Source: Camelus dromedarius
Taxonomy: Eukaryota
Direction of reading: 5' to 3'
Length of the DNA: 64,000 bases
NCBI RefSeq assembly: GCF_036321535.1
Contig: NC_087437.1
Coordinates: 102,612,001-102,676,000, forward strand
Shown piece by piece: positions 30,201-45,246 of the stretch (positions within the stretch are counted from its first letter, which is position 1; every line of letters begins with the position of its first letter). Made by a program: the position numbers and the translations under genes. Below the pieces are notes generated by a model. The model saw only the letters and a list, made by a program, of their open reading frames with translations, was not told where the DNA came from and did not search any database.

Positions 30201-32315
30201 AGAAGTCTGAAAGTAGCAATTTTACTTGAAAATATTTTCTTCAGTATATAAGTCATGTTTTAACAAAAAGTGAAGAAATATCAGAGAGACTTATGCTTTG
30301 GAGAGATTATTTTGAAAGTAGGGTTTGAAAACTTTTCATTAAATGTATTTTATTACTGAAGATGTTGTGTGTATTAAATATATCACTTATTAAAATTCTC
30401 ATTTATGAAAAATAAACATTTAAAAATCATATTTTATAGTTTGCTGAAAAATCTAGTGTCTTAAGAGTTTCAATGTGTTTTGCATATATTTATAAAATAT
30501 ATAGAATTATGGATGTGAGATATGAGTATGAAATAGTAAAATAGTTGATACAATTAGCTGTTATGAATAACTGATGGACATTAAGAAAGTAAAAATTTCA
30601 TAGTTAATTTACAAATAAAACCTTTGCTAATTTTTTTTTTGTGGTTTAAAAAACTGTGTCTTCTTTTACCATGGGCAGCCAGCAATAAATTGTTTATTTC
30701 CTTCATATGTAATTATTAGATCTATTTTTAAACTATCACTATCATTGAGACAAAGTACCCAAACAATCTGAATTTAGAACCTGATTTTCTACTCTCTGCA
30801 TCACAAATTCTAAAACCAACTTTTAAAAATCTACTGGCAATAAAGCATATTTAAATACATTGTTCTCAGAAAAACAGATTATCATCCACTCACCAATTGG
30901 CAAATTAATAATTTAATATTATAATTTAGTAATACATTTAGAACAAGCTGATTTTACCACATTAATAAAGTCAAATATTTTGAAGCAAGTCTATTTCATC
31001 TTGACCGGATCCTTTTACGTTTTTAGTTTGTTCTCTTTTATATTTACATGAGTATATAATAATACATTAACTTATATACATGTAGAAATACACATGTTTA
31101 TACCCTAACATTATTATTAATTGTCCATATTCTGAAAATATGTTTGGCATATTTTATTTTAGTGTATAACAGAAGATAATTTAATGTCTACAGTGAACTG
31201 GTTCATATAACTAGATAAACAATCCTGAAGAAAACAATTTCTTGCAGGTCATTTTTTTCCAATTTTGGCTCAGTGTCAAGTACTTGCTTACTCCCAGAAT
31301 CGTGAAGATTCCCATAGAAAGTTCAGGGACCCCATTCATACATTTTCTTCCAATTGCATTTTTAAAAATCTGCTTAAATTATTACTGGCAACAATAAAAG
31401 GAGCTAGACCAGGATAAGTGTGAGCTTGAAAGAAACATTATTATTATTTCTACTCTATATGTCTTAAGGAAAAATCTAATATTTAGAGTTATAGCTGAGT
31501 GGGAGGAATTTTTAAGAATCTGATCTTTTCCTTCACTCACTCAACTTTGATAATGATGGTCTAATTCTACTCGGCCTCATTGTCCTTAGGATTTGACAGA
31601 AATATATTCTTTGAATTATGTGGTATTGATTCTAAGATACTAGAAGGTGATTTTAAGAAATAAAAATGCAATGCCTTGGCAAAATAAGAGGAGGTTTTTT
31701 TTTCAAATGTCTCAGATGATATATAAATAGAACCACAATCCCTGCAAGTGCCTAGTTGGCATCACAAATAATTCAGTCACCATGGTAAAATCATTATATT
31801 TCTGCTAAAGGGAAAAAAGAAATCAAAACAAAAATACAGTTGATCACTAATTGAATATTCATACCAGCAACACTGAGAGTAAAATCTTCTATGATACACT
31901 AATTTAAATAATTTTCACTTTTCATTTGATATACTCTAACTGCCAGTAACAAAAAAACTCAACTTAAATATACCATTTAATGAAAGATACACGATCAGAA
32001 CAGGAAACACATGGTCAGGGTACTGTGACACCCACATGGTATGCACAGTCGTGGGCAAATTGTTTTTAGTAGTGACTTTGTCATTATGAACAATTTGATT
32101 TTTTAAAAATTTGTTAAAATATCATGGCCAATGTGAAGTATAGTGATTGACTGATGAATGTTTATACTAACAGTAGAGAAGAGGGCCACAGATTATTTCT
32201 TCATTGTCTTAAGAGAGCACTTGAGGATTTGTTAGTGTCCAGGCATTATGTCTTCCTGTGCAGGGCCACAAACCATGTCTTCGTGGGCTTTATTGTCATT
32301 TGTGCTGTTCCTGGG

Positions 32316-32929
32316 TGCATTTGTTTTTCTCTTGCTGCAAAGTTGCCACAAACTTAGCAGCTTGAAACAATTCAAATTTATTCTCTTTCAGTTTCCAAAG
32401 GCCAGAGGTTAAGACACGGGATGACTGGATTCTCTGCTGAAAGTCTGGATGGGCTTAAATAAAGGTGTGGGCAGGAACTGTGTGGTTCTCATCTAGGCAC
32501 AAGGTCCTCTTCCAAGCTAGCTGGATGGCAATAGTAGAATTACTTCTTTATGGTTGTAGGACTGAGATCCCTGTGTTCCTGCCGACTGTTGGCTATAGAC
32601 TGCTTTTAGCTCTGGGAGACCACCTGGATGGTGTTCATTGCCACATGGCTCTCATAGACAGTTTACAAAATAGATGTTTGCTTTCCCCAGGGCAGCCAAA
32701 GCACTGCTCTCCACCATCCTCTTCTTCAACCAGCCAGATAAAACATTCAGCTTTTAAAGGGCTCACCTGTTGTGTCAAGCCCAACCAGGACAGTTTCCCT
32801 TTTGCCATACAATGTAGCATCGTCACAGAAATATCTCCTTATTTTCCCAGGTCCCACCCACACTCAAAAGGGAGGGGATGATGCAAGGTAAGAGTTTTGG
32901 GGGCCTATTTGAGAATTCTGCCTACCACA
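32316..32929 (-). mobile_element. MLT1E-like MaLR solo LTR
   Basis: ccacaaacttagcagcttgaaacaa...ggttgtaggactgagatccctg...agaattctgcctaccaca terminus. Confidence 0.8.
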
Positions 32930-35900
32930 CTGCCTAACTTTTTATCCACCACAATGAGAGGATGGTAGTGAGAAAATGTGACAGCACTACTTTTGCCCAC
33001 ATTCCTGTGACTCTTTAGAAGTGACCTGTATTGAAACAATATAGATCTTCCTACCCCTGCAGTTCCCTAAAACCATCTGCTTAATGTTGGCTTTGTCAGT
33101 ACTTATGGCATTGCATCCTCTATTGTGTCATTCATGAATACTGGCCTGAACAACTCCTTCAAAAATTGCTATGGGGTCTGTTGATGACCACAAAGAGAAG
33201 TCTTACTAAGATTATGGAGGAAAATGTAAACAATAGTTTACTTTTTTTTTGGTCATGTTAAATATAGCATTCTGAATTTTATAGCAGTAAATCTAAACAG
33301 TACTTTTTCATAGCTCGAGCTCAATCTCAGAAATGGAAAGTCAGTTGTCCAGAACCCTGCATTGTGAGAGTCACCTGTGTGATCAGAGCCACCCATCCTG
33401 GGTGGTTGCATGTCCAGTGAGCCTGTGGAAAAACACAGTTCTGAACCTTGAGAGTGACTAGCAACCTGTACCACCTTCCTGGAACCCAGCCATGCACAGG
33501 ACTCCACATGACCCCATAGATCTCAGCTCTGGAGCTCCTCTGGGCTTCTGGTTGACTCCACTGAAGGGGATGTGAAAGTGTCAGAAAAGCTAGTAAGGGA
33601 AGAAAAAGACCCTGGACCAAGAGATCCTTCTCAGGGCTCATGATGTTGCAGAGAGAAAACTGCCCTGGCAGGTCCTGGGCATTCGAAGGATCTTACGATA
33701 TCTCAAGGAAGGGGCATGAAGCTGAGGCCAAGGCTGGGGCAGGTCACTCATGCGCCCTGGTCATGGGACTGTAAATCATTCTGAGATACTCTTCACCCCT
33801 CCTTTTTTGCTCATGTGCAGTCCACTCTACAAATTTCTTCCTGACAAGCTACATAGTTTCCTGATGCCTAGCCCATCAGGAGACATTCTGTGCATTAACT
33901 TTCTACAAGAAAAATGGACCAACAAAATATTTTACTAAACAAGGCAGTCTTTCTCCATAAGAGGAATTCTATTGTCATTTCCTATTTTTGCTCTCGTCTC
34001 TATAAACTTGAGTGTTCCCCGCAATATTTTGAGCATACAACTGTATTGTTTTGTATATGGTAGAGACTGACTGTATTAACCTGAAGTAGACAATGATTTC
34101 CTTTCATTTCCTTGCTCAAAAAAATCTCAGAATCAAACTTATTCTCCAGTTGGATTTTTTAATGAGGTATGACTTTTAAATCTGATTTTATCATAGCCTC
34201 TGAAATAAATCTAAAACCCACAGGGCTAGAAAATTCCATTTGTATTCATTGGGTCTATATTTTTGTCTTTAGTTATAATCTCACCCAGATCATCACATGC
34301 AGTATAGACAGGAAGATATTTCCTGTTTCTAAAGTCCTCCAGTTCTGCACACTCCTTTTGGAGCGTGTTCACATATTTAACAACCTCTCCTGTCAAGAAA
34401 TTCATTTTTCTATCTCTCACTTTGTCAAAACCTGTTATTTGCTCCGTAAAAAGAAATCACTATTAACCCTTGGCTTAGCTTTTTTTTTTTCACCCTTTAG
34501 TTGAACTGCATATATATTGGACGTAGTTGAATAGAAGAACACATGATCAACTTTAAGTTCCATGATTTGATTTATTAATACAAACCTGAAAAGAAAATGA
34601 ACTGGTAAGTTCAGGATATCTGATAGGACGTTAGGAAAGTTTCTGCCCTCTGTTAATTATCCTTCCCCTTGAAAACCAATACCATATTAAACAGAGGCAT
34701 TCATTTTAAATTAAGGTTGCATTGCACTTTTAGATCAGATAATTATTAGGCTATAACAAATAATAAGACTGTATATTTTTAAGGTATGTTTAAATATGTA
34801 ATTAGCTTACTACATAGGCAAAAATTTTGTCTCCAAATTTATGTTGATGCTCTAGATAATAACATTTTCTATTTTTCTTGATTAAAATTGACAAAAATCT
34901 GTTGCAAATAAATAAAAAGATTAAGTGAATACATGTAGCTACTTAAGTTTACCTCCTACTAAAGCTGAGTCAGAAGAAATTTTCTAAATACAATGGTCTC
35001 ATTTTACAGAAAAAAGTAAATTAAAATCCTGGTATGTTATGTGATTTGCTCACTTAAATTCAGGTGCAGCTCAAATCAAGCAAGATACTAAATGTCTAAT
35101 TCTTCTGTGCTGACACAATAAATCCAATTATTTGGCTGATTATGTACATAGATGGTGATTAAAAATACATGGTGACTAAAATATGGATTAGTTTATCAAT
35201 TTCTAATATATTGACAAAAGTTAACATTCCTGAGATTAATGGAAAATGTAATGATCTTCCCAGTCCTCTTTGGTTCCCTAGGATTCTTTACCTGGATAAC
35301 TATAATGACCATGTAATTATCATCTCATTCCTAAAATAAAAGGCACTAGATAGGTATACTTGGGTAAGGGATGGGAAATTTAAGGTCTCTAGGGTAAGAA
35401 TGCAGGGATAGAACACAGCAAGGGATACAAGTGAGGCAAGGGGGGCATGACCATGGGAGATGTGGCTGCAGTCCAGCCACATTTCCCCACAGTGTTGCCC
35501 AGCCGACCGACATCAAGTATAACCCGAGAGAGATTGGAAATAAATGCCGGCTCTACGCTTGGACTTGTGGGTTATCAAATCACTGAGAATAATTATTAGG
35601 AATACCACATATTAATTATGACTTTTCCTGACACAAAGAAAAGAATATCTTCTGTTACAACAATCAAGAGCTAAGAATAAACGTTTTATGTTTCTGTTGT
35701 GACGTCTGATTTTGCCCTGGTCCCTACTCCTAATTTTAGCATCACCACCTATGCACAGAAGGAAAGGAAAGAGAAATGAAAACAAAACAACAGCAATCCT
35801 TAAAGTTTATGGGAAATTAGAACATGATACGGGTACTCTCAGTTTCCTGGAACAAGATGATCACACAAACAGGAACTGCTATTTTTGCTCTAGAAATTAT

Positions 35901-36839
35901 TTGAGAGTTAGCTGTGAGAGAGAGGGAAGATACGCAGTTTAAAACAAGATTGCACTGGAAAGCTCTGAATCAAGCTGTCAGAGGCTGTGCGTGGTCCCAG
36001 GGAGGTGGTGACTTGTTACGCCGGAGATGGACCAAGTTCAGACCAAGTTCAGTTTGTCATTGTGCTGGTGGACAAGTCTGCCTTTTATTATTGATGTTGT
36101 TAGTTGGTTTTTTCGGTTTTGTTTGTTTGTTTGTTTTGGTCTACCTAATGTTCTTCTCTCTTAACTTGACTGTGAAGATCTGGAGAAGGGGGAGGTGGAG
36201 GGAGAATGTAACTAGAGAGCAGAGTGTTTGCAGAGGAATGGGGATAGAGTTAGCTAGAGAGGTGAAGAGCACGTCTATGAGAATTTGTGAAGACCTTATT
36301 AAATAAACAAACTGCAGTTATTGTGCTAAGTGATCTGCAATACCAAAACTATAACAAAAACAAAATAAAGCAGTAAAGAAAATGAAAAGAGAAAAGAAAG
36401 CCTGTACTCTTCCTCCAAAGGACTGTCTTACTGGGGAGAAAGAAAAAAAGATGTGTGGGAGGGGGAGTGCAGGGACATGGTCAAATCTGCTGCATCAGTG
36501 ATGTGACATGCCGGAGGCACAGGCAGAGAGCAAGGCACTGGGCAAATCAAGCAGGAGTCACTTTTTAGCAGGGAGAGGAAGTTAGGCAATTATTGAGGGA
36601 CTCATCCCTCCATGGGGAACATGACTGAATAATTCATTGTTCAAACTAGGACACTTGCGAGAGCAAAGCGGTGCTATATGCTGAGATAATAACAATAAAG
36701 CAGAACCATCTGTGCAACCGGGTACCTTATCAGAGGGGCCAAGCATCGGGGCCTCAGCAGTAGCGCTAATGATGACAATTACACCAACCATATCATCATC
36801 GCAACTTCATCCTCATCCTCACAACTTAAATATCTTCAA

Positions 36840-37050
36840 TTCAAGTGTTAGAGTAATGTTTCATTTGTTGTAGAGTTTAATTTTCATATAACTATCCTAT
36901 GAATTAGGCATTATTTTTCTTGTTCTTATTTTACAAGGAAGAAAATAGCGACTTAGATTCAATGAATAGACAAATATCCCACAGCCAGGAAGCAGTATAA
37001 TTCAGAATCCAGGCTTTTATAACCCCAAAGCTCTAGTCAACACCGTGTCG
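36840..37050 (-). mobile_element. MIR SINE (degenerate)
   Basis: ataactatcctatgaattaggcattatt...attttacaaggaagaaaatag...cacagccaggaagcag. Confidence 0.55.
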
Positions 37051-37099
37051 TGTAACACAACTCTATCAGGGGAGTCAGCTGAAACTCCTTTATACATTC

Positions 37100-37600
37100 C
37101 ATGTCACAATGAACAGAGGCAGGTGGGGAAACTGCTCTGGAGCGGGGGAAATGAAAACGACAGTGGACAAATCCAACACATAAACCTGGACTGGATTCCT
37201 CTTAGGAAGAGGGAGTGGGGAAAACACAAAGGGCATTTTGATAAAAATTAAGGAAAATTAGACATGGACTTTGTGTAATTTTATTTTTTAAGTGTGATAC
37301 TGATGTTCTGTCCTAAAAAGGAACTATCTTTGTACCTGGGAAAATCATGCTGAAGTATTTAGGAACGAAGTACCCTGACGACTATATCCCATATATTTTA
37401 TTCATTTAATATATACATTATATTTATATTCATTTTATATTTATTCATATCAATCTATATCTATATTCCTCTATCTCTGTCAATCACACAGAGAATGAAT
37501 GATAAAATAGTAATAGTTGAGGAATCAAGGTGAGGGGTAAACAGGTATTTATCCACCTCTTTTATTAACATTAATACATGCTTAATTTTTTTAAGTAATT
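37100..37600 (+). mobile_element. Old L1MC-type 3' fragment
   Basis: cctggactggattcct...aagggcattttgataaaaattaaggaaaattaga...catgctgaagtatttagg. Confidence 0.55.
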
Positions 37601-38474
37601 AATTTAAATTTGTTACCTTACTCACAGAAAGGCAAGCCACAGCAAGAACTAAAAATAAGTAACTAAATAACTAATAAAATCTATTTATAAAGCAGGGAGT
37701 CTAGTGGTCTAGAACAAATAGGAACATGGTTACATTAATTGTTTCCAAAGTGGAGACACTGTAATAGTTAGACAGGTGCTACTGGGGTGGGACAAGTGGG
37801 ACGGAGGAGAGTGGGATCCTACTGCTTGGATACTCTGGGTAGGCAAGGACGCCGCCCTGTCTCACTCTTCTTTGACCTCAGGTACCCTTTTGCATCCACA
37901 GGGAGATGGAACAAGAGTCTAGTCCGTGTAGTCACTTAGGAACTCAGGGTTCTTCCATCTTGTGTGTGTGTGCATTTTTCCTTCTTAGGGTCCTTGAATT
38001 TCCTTCCATCTCACTAGTTTAACTGGTGGTGAAAATAAGGATTGGGTGAGAGGTTTTGTGATCTAGATCTGAAAGTGCCACACTTGTATCCCATTCCCCA
38101 CACCTAACTTCATGTGAGGACAAAACAAGCAGATGAGCTGTGCTCCTATTTCATCCGCTGTCTTCATAGATATTTCCTAGATCTTTTCTCTCATCTCAAC
38201 CACTTCAACTCCTCCCCATCGGCCCCTCCTCCACTCTTGTCCTCTGCAATACCCTCTCCCCAGAGCAGTCAGGTTGGGAACCGTGAATGCTGGTCTGTGA
38301 TGCTGTCTGTGTTCTCTCCCTTTAATCCCTCCTTTTCCAACTCTGCCCTTGCTCTCCATTCCAGAGGACACCATCTCCTCTCTCCCATGCTCTCTCCCAC
38401 CCCGAGTCCTTCTTTTTATTAGTTAACCCATAATAATCTAGAAATCACAGCAACTAATAGCTATAGCACAGAGA

Positions 38475-38720
38475 TTACTAATAATAGTGGCGCTTATAGT
38501 GTCTACTACATGCCAGTCCTAAGTAATTTACAAATATTGACACATTAGATCCTCATTATAACCCCGTCAGTAACACTATCATTCTCTGCATTTGATGAAT
38601 GAAGTACCTGAGCATCAGTGAGGTTAAGTAGCTTCCCAGGTCACTCAGGGTTAATATGCAGCAAAGTCTGAAACCTGAATCCAGGCAGTCTGCTCCCTGG
38701 TTCCACACTTGCAATGGTTA
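38475..38720 (-). mobile_element. MIR SINE
   Basis: atcctcattataacccc...gaggttaagtagcttcccaggtcac...tgaatccaggcagtctgctcc. Confidence 0.75.
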
Positions 38721-39159
38721 TGTTATACTGCCCAAAGGACATTTCCTTGTGGATGTCTCTTGATGCCATAGGTCAGATTTCCATGTTATTTGTGCCTTCA
38801 GAGTGCTATGCATTTTTCATTCATTGCACTAGGGAAAGTCAAAATTTTGCGTGTATGTGTTTGACTATTTGTTTACTGTCTACTCTCCTTCTGGATAGTA
38901 ATCTCCTTGAAAGCTAAAACCATAAACACTTTGACTCACTGGTATTTTCCTGACACCCTCACATAGTGCATGCTCAACAAATCTCTCCAAATAGATCTGT
39001 GTCCTCAAGTTCCATATAGGTTTGGTTTCACGGATTCCCAAAGTCCAGAGGGGATATTTAAGCACCATGTTGATCAATCAATGGGCAAACATCCAAGGAT
39101 CACTTGAAAGCCATGTCTGTTAAATTTTGGAAAACATGCCTAAGCATTTTTTTAGTTAA

Positions 39160-40301
39160 GAACATAAGGGCTAATTTTATTGATAGATTTAATTGTGTGA
39201 CAAGCATTTTGTTACATGGGTTTTTCTTATTTAAATTTTCATGAGAAACTATGGAATAGATTCACTCTCTTATTAACTCCCTTTTTCTCATGCAGAAATA
39301 CAATGAGTTCAGGTAATTAAGCTATCCAAGTTCACACAGACACTAAGGTGTGACAGGCAACTCAAGCCATAACAATCAATTAAATAAATCAATTAACTCA
39401 ATCAATTAACTCTTTGTATCACATCAGTCCTTAATATGCAAAGATCTTGTGAGAGAAGAGGGATTTGTGAGTGAACGGCTGGGAGGTGGGGTGGGAGAGA
39501 CAGAGTCCGTGTCATCTGGAGCGTGAGATGAGCCTTGTCTTCATCCACGAAGGTTATGTTTCTCACCAGCATTCCCACTCCCTGCCTGTGGAGCATCCTT
39601 ATCAAGGGAAAGGCAGCTACTGGGCTTTGGCGGAGCTAGAATAAGAGCAAATTCTCTCTCTTGGGACTTGGGAGGCTCTTTCCTATGAATTATTCTTTTC
39701 ACACACTTGCAACTCATGGTCAAATTCAAGCCAAAGCAAGGAGGTTGATTCCAGGCCCAGAAGAAGGTGCAGGGAAAATATGTGGATATTTCTTATTCTC
39801 CAAACAACATGCATTTTATGAGCACTCTGTTCTCACTCAAAGTCTGAGTAGGGGGACCTCTCTGGAGAGACAGTCGGCTCAGAGATACTATGCATTCTGG
39901 ACATACTGATTGACCAGACATGCTTAAACACAGACTGACCCGCCGATAGAGACAGAATGGTCCCGGGGGGCGATTCTCTCCTAAAGCCTAGCTCTCTCCC
40001 GATACTCTGAATTCTGATTCTATTCTGTACACATGGACAACTTTGTGCATAACACTACGAGCATCCCAGGTGTACCAACATCTCCGCACACTGAGTTCTT
40101 CCTCAGTCTCAGCAGTCTGTATGGTGGAGTGGAAGGAGGAAACTTCAATGGGTTATTACAAATGTTGAATTAGTGACCGGTCTTCATTATGAGAAGAACT
40201 ACATATAAAGTTGGGTCCATTTACAGCGTCTAATACTGCTTCATCATCAGCAATGTCAGACTCTTTACATTCCTTGTTGCCCAAAGAACCACAAAGACTG
40301 G
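39160..40301 (-). other. Candidate terminal exon (short coding tail and/or 3'UTR) of the same minus-strand gene
   Basis: Acceptor ctactttttatag|CCAGTC at 40301. An open frame SLCGSLGNKECKESDIADDEAVLDAVNGPNFICSSSHNEDRSLIQHL ends in tandem TAA TAA (40158-40153). About 0.9 kb of unique sequence follows, and there is a minus-strand AATAAA at 39176-39181. The 3' boundary is uncertain. Confidence 0.4.
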
Positions 40302-43300
40302 CTATAAAAAGTAGACTGACCATATCTGTAGGACATATCTGCACATTTTATGTGAGTAAGTTTACGCACTGAAAAACGAACAACAACAACAAAACAACGA
40401 CCGCCCCCCCCCCGCCCAAATCCACCGAAACCTAAGATTTCAAATTTGGATTTTTTTCACTTAGTTTTGTAATTAAAACCTCTTAATATATAGCTTATTC
40501 TTTTATACGAATTTTTTTGTTTGTTTTATTTTTCTTTCCAATCCAGAGGCAGAAATTTTGGCTACTGACAGAGAAGCAGAGTCAATACACCCCATGAGAA
40601 CAGATCCTTTAACATCATTCTGCAAGAATATTAGTTCAGTGAAAACTTACAGAGTCTCATATTTCTCAGATTTTTAAATGACACTTTTGGCACAGAAAAG
40701 TATTTTATTTCCTTTAAATACAACTTTAACAATTCAAACTACATTTACAATAAGGTCATTTCTCAAAATATCTTGACGTTTTAGTCATTGGATATACAGC
40801 TATTAACTCTATAGTGTGAATTATAAGAAAAACTGAAATTGTATAGATTTGCCTAATCTTTGGAAAATACTCACTGGATACCTGTGAGAAATTTCTCAGT
40901 TCAAACCTATCCAAGTTTGGAATCCTAAATCTACTCACTCAAATATACAAATGTATTGAAAATTAACTTATCAAGTATAAGAACAACAGTTAACTTAATG
41001 TTAAAATATTTTAAAAAATTTAAATTATGCCTTATTCAAGAACTAATTTAAAAAGCTTACAGAAAAAGACAGAAACCATGTTCTGTCTCCTGTGCATCTC
41101 CCAAGATGATAGGAAACCAAGGGGCTGTGAATGGATAATGTTCTCTGTGTTTAAACACACTGATCCTGGCAAAACTCCACCTTTTTCCTGATGTTCAAAA
41201 TTAAGAAGTGAAGGTGCACAAATAGAGGTATAGTGTTCAGTTCATTGGAAGGAGCAATTTTTACTGAAAAATACACTGAGTTTTTTGCCAAAATAAAGAC
41301 TCATGAAAAGTTTTCTTTAAAAACAAACAAACAAACACAGATGGTTCAAGTAATCACAGGACATTATTTTGGACAAAGACCTAACATATCTGCAAAGAGT
41401 ACTGCCTTGAAACTTTATCCTCTTTCAATCACAGAGACCTCACATATCACAGTAATTTTACCACCCAACTATTTCTTCTCCCAAATGCTTCTTGGATGCT
41501 GCTTTCCATAAAAAAGCAGCATATATATTATATATTATTAAATATATTTATTATATATATAATTAAAGGGTATATATATTAAAGGGTCCCCAAACATTCA
41601 TGTTAATTTTACTCTTCTATATGCTTGTGCACAATGTTTCATCTGCCTGAAATACTGTGTCTCTCAAAACCCCTGCCTTCCTCTTCATCTCTGTCATGTT
41701 CTACTTAGCGTCTGCATCCTCCCTCATAGGCCTTTTCTGACCACACTTTATGCTTATGTGTCCTGGCAACTCTCCTTACTGTGATTAGAATTGTAACCTC
41801 CCATATCCTTGTCACATTCCTTATGCTTCTCTCCAACTTAAATCTCCAATTTGAATTTTTAATATTTGCTTAAATGCTTTAAGTTTTGCAATGTTGGAAA
41901 TATTTTATTCATCTTTGTACTCCCCAACTCCACCTCCACCAAACCTCAACAGACAGTGCACACAGTAGTCACTCAGTAAACATTTGTTGCTCTGATTTAT
42001 GAATGAAAATGGCGGTTCCTTTAGATTATATATTTTCTGCAGTTTTCTTTTACTTCCTCTTTTTCCATTACTATTCTTATTTTTTTCCCGATAAATGTCA
42101 CATTTAAGCAACACGAAGGAACTAGGGGCTGTTTATAGCAGGAGTACTGAGCATTAGCTCAAAAGTTCCAGAAGCAGTGAAGTGAAAGAGGGACTTCGTC
42201 CTCCTGGAACAAGGCTGGATTTACAAGTAGCAGCTCCCAACTCATCTCGGTCGGATTCACATTTGCATTACATGACCCTGGAAATTTGGTAGGAATAATT
42301 TCCAATTCACTGCCTTCCCTTCATCATGTGTCCACTCAATAAAACTCTGCATAAATCTCAATTAACCTTCGCTTTTGGAACCAACAAGGCCCCACATAAA
42401 AGCTCGGGTGGACAGATATTCTGAACAAACACTTTTTCACGAAAAGATCAATGGCATATTATGCTGTACAGAGATGAAGGAGCTGAGCACATTCTGGTTT
42501 TTAACAAGCAACAGGAAAATTACAAACCAAATCAATATGTCCGAGAGAATGCCTGTTCATTTGCTACTGACTCAGGCTATTCCTGGAGATTCTCGTGCAG
42601 CTGTCTTTTTTTCTACATTTTGTTTTCGGAACTGACACATGGAAACTTAAGGACTGAAATACTAAGACTTCAAAGCTCCCACTCTGTGTGGGAAGAATCT
42701 TTCTCTGGCATCAGCGATGGCACAATCACTTTCATCACTGGACTGAATCATCTGACTTCCTCCAGGGGCCACCTCCTCCGAGTAACCTCCCTGCACCCAT
42801 TCTGTCAGACTACAATTTAGCAGCTTGAGAGATTGTGGCCCACTTGCACAGAAGGCATTCGTATTTTTCTCAGGCTTTTGTCCAAATGATAATCTTAAGG
42901 CTACATTTTGAGACTTAAAAAAAAAATGTTATTTAAATTTCTGTTCTGGACACTTTTAAAATACTTTGAGTCCTACAAAACACTATTATTACTTAAGTGC
43001 TAAATTATTACTTTTAATATAGGTTTTCCTCCAGAGACTACAACAGCCAGAGAAAAAAACAAAACTGTGTCCCGTGCATTTGAAATATTGAAATAAAAGC
43101 TTAAAATTTTGTTTTTAGCTTAATCAAATAGAAAACAATGGTAGAATAGTGCATTTAAACTCTTACATTTACCTCACAAATAGCAATTAGGGTAATAAGA
43201 GAATTTTCTAGATGCTTTATTCTATTCACATTTTTGGATTACACAAATATAGGTATTGCTTTTAAATAGCTACTTCCAAATATATTTTTAGCAAAACTTT

Positions 43301-43743
43301 TCAATAACATGAACTTTTATGGGCATTATGGTAAATGTGTGCATTTAACCCCCTATCAGTCCCTCTGAAGCAGTAAAATCTTTTACACACACCTAAACCA
43401 CTAAGAGAACTTTCTTGTCACATAAGTCTATTGCCTGCAAACTCATTAAATCTCTGATTGAATATATAACCTTGAATTTCTACATATAATCAGTCTCCTC
43501 ATGATGGCATGGTAGACGCATAGCCCTCCTAACGCAAGTCTTTCTTAAAAGGCTTATAACTTATCATTGGCTGGATTTTCCACCATAACAGCAAGCTCCC
43601 AGTGGCTACGGAAGGCATTGGGCCCTTTTTTCTGCAACAAATATAAGAATTCTCTGACCACCAAGAGATGAGGGGACGGCCTATTAGTCCAGTGACATAG
43701 AAACATTTGACACATTAAGGAATTTCCACTTAAAAAAACAGAG

Positions 43744-43923
43744 ACAAACAAGATTATAGAACAGGGAAATATATACAAGATCTTATGGTTGCTCACAGAG
43801 GAAAAAAAGTGGCAATGAATATGTATATGTTCATGTATAACTGAAAAATTGTGCTCTACACTGGAATTTGACACAACATTATAAAATGATTATAAATCAA
43901 TAAAAAATGTTAAAAAAAAAAAA
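43744..43923 (+). mobile_element. Short L1 3' end fragment (resembles camelid L1 as recalled)
   Basis: cagggaaatatatacaagatcttatggttgctcac...gtgctctacactggaatttgacacaacattataaaatgattataaatcaataaaa followed by an A tail; aacagag occurs on both flanks. Confidence 0.85.
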
Positions 43924-44974
43924 CAACAGAGCACCACTTAAAAACCCTATTAAATTAGAGAATTTAAAGAACCCTATAGTAAAATTATACATGGCGGTGA
44001 AGAAGCCACTTACTACCCAGGATGAATGAATGGGTATTTTTTGCTGGTGATACAAAATACAAAAAAAAAAATAATAATAATAATTGATATATTTTGGGGT
44101 ATTGAAGCTGACTTAGATGTGTCATAACTGGGGTTGAGTTGATGCATAGAGTGAATGTGTAGCTGCCATATGTTGTAGTGGTAATAATAACAACAATAAT
44201 AATAAATACCCTAGCAGTAACAAAAATAATTCTAATGTTTCTTCTTCTGTCAGTATCACCATTATCAAGATCATCACTATCATCACCATAAACAAACTTC
44301 CCTAGGCAGATGAAGCCATTTATTTAATAAATGTAAGAAAATATTAATATTCACATATTCTTCACAGCTCATATTGAGTTCACTCAGAGTGAACATCAGA
44401 CTCTAAACTGTTGTGTGCTCAGTAGCTGGGAGGGAGCTGGCTAAGTGCATGAAATGGCAATGAAGGGAGAGACCACAAAGACTTTAAAATTCTGCCTAGA
44501 ATTTTAGCTTAACATTTAGATCTGCTATCTGGATCTTCTCCTTTGCACTTACATTGTCTTACTCTGCAGGCTTCCTGGTTTGAATGCTTTTAGATTAAGC
44601 AAACTTTTGTTAGACTGTTGTAATGAAAGGTTTTATACACATGCACACAGGTATAGGCTTATACACATTTCTCACAAAATGACAGAAATGTTGAAATTAA
44701 AAAAATACCTTGAAGGTTCTTTTCCATTTTATATAAATCTCATTGAAATGAAACTGTATAAAGATACAGATTGCAAGATTTGATGCGAGAAAAGTCCTGT
44801 TGAGATAATTTCTTCATGGAATTCCTCGTTATACTGTCTATATTATCAGTAGACAACAAGAACATGATTTCACTCGGTATTTATCAACTGCTGTATGCCT
44901 GGCACCTACAACACCACCTGGCATGTAATAGCCACTTCATGTGTAACTGTTTGATGAATAAACAGATGCATTCA

Positions 44975-45143
44975 TTTATTTTTTATTGGAGCATAGTCAG
45001 TTACAATGTGTCAATTTCTGGTGTACAGCACAATGTCCCAGTCATGCGTATACATACATATATTTGTTTCCATATTCTTTTTCATTAAAGATTATTATAA
45101 GATATTGAACATAGTTCCCTGTGCTATGTAGAAGATTTTTTTT
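44975..45143 (-). mobile_element. Short antisense L1 3' end fragment between L2/MIR remnants
   Basis: catagtcagttacaatgtgtcaatttctggtgtacagcacaat...gatattgaacatagttccctgtgctat is the reverse complement of the 3'UTR seen at 62440-62590. Confidence 0.85.
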
Positions 45144-45246
45144 AATTTCAACAAACACTTGTGTAGTATTTTCAGGCATAGTTCTAAACATCTTATTACA
45201 TGTTTCTATTCAATTCTTATAACAACTTCATAGAGTAAATGCTGAT

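Noticed and set aside
32465..32881. 138-aa ORF (similarly 15634-16014 and 7697-7978)
   Set aside because: These lie within MLT1 LTRs and have no protein motifs.
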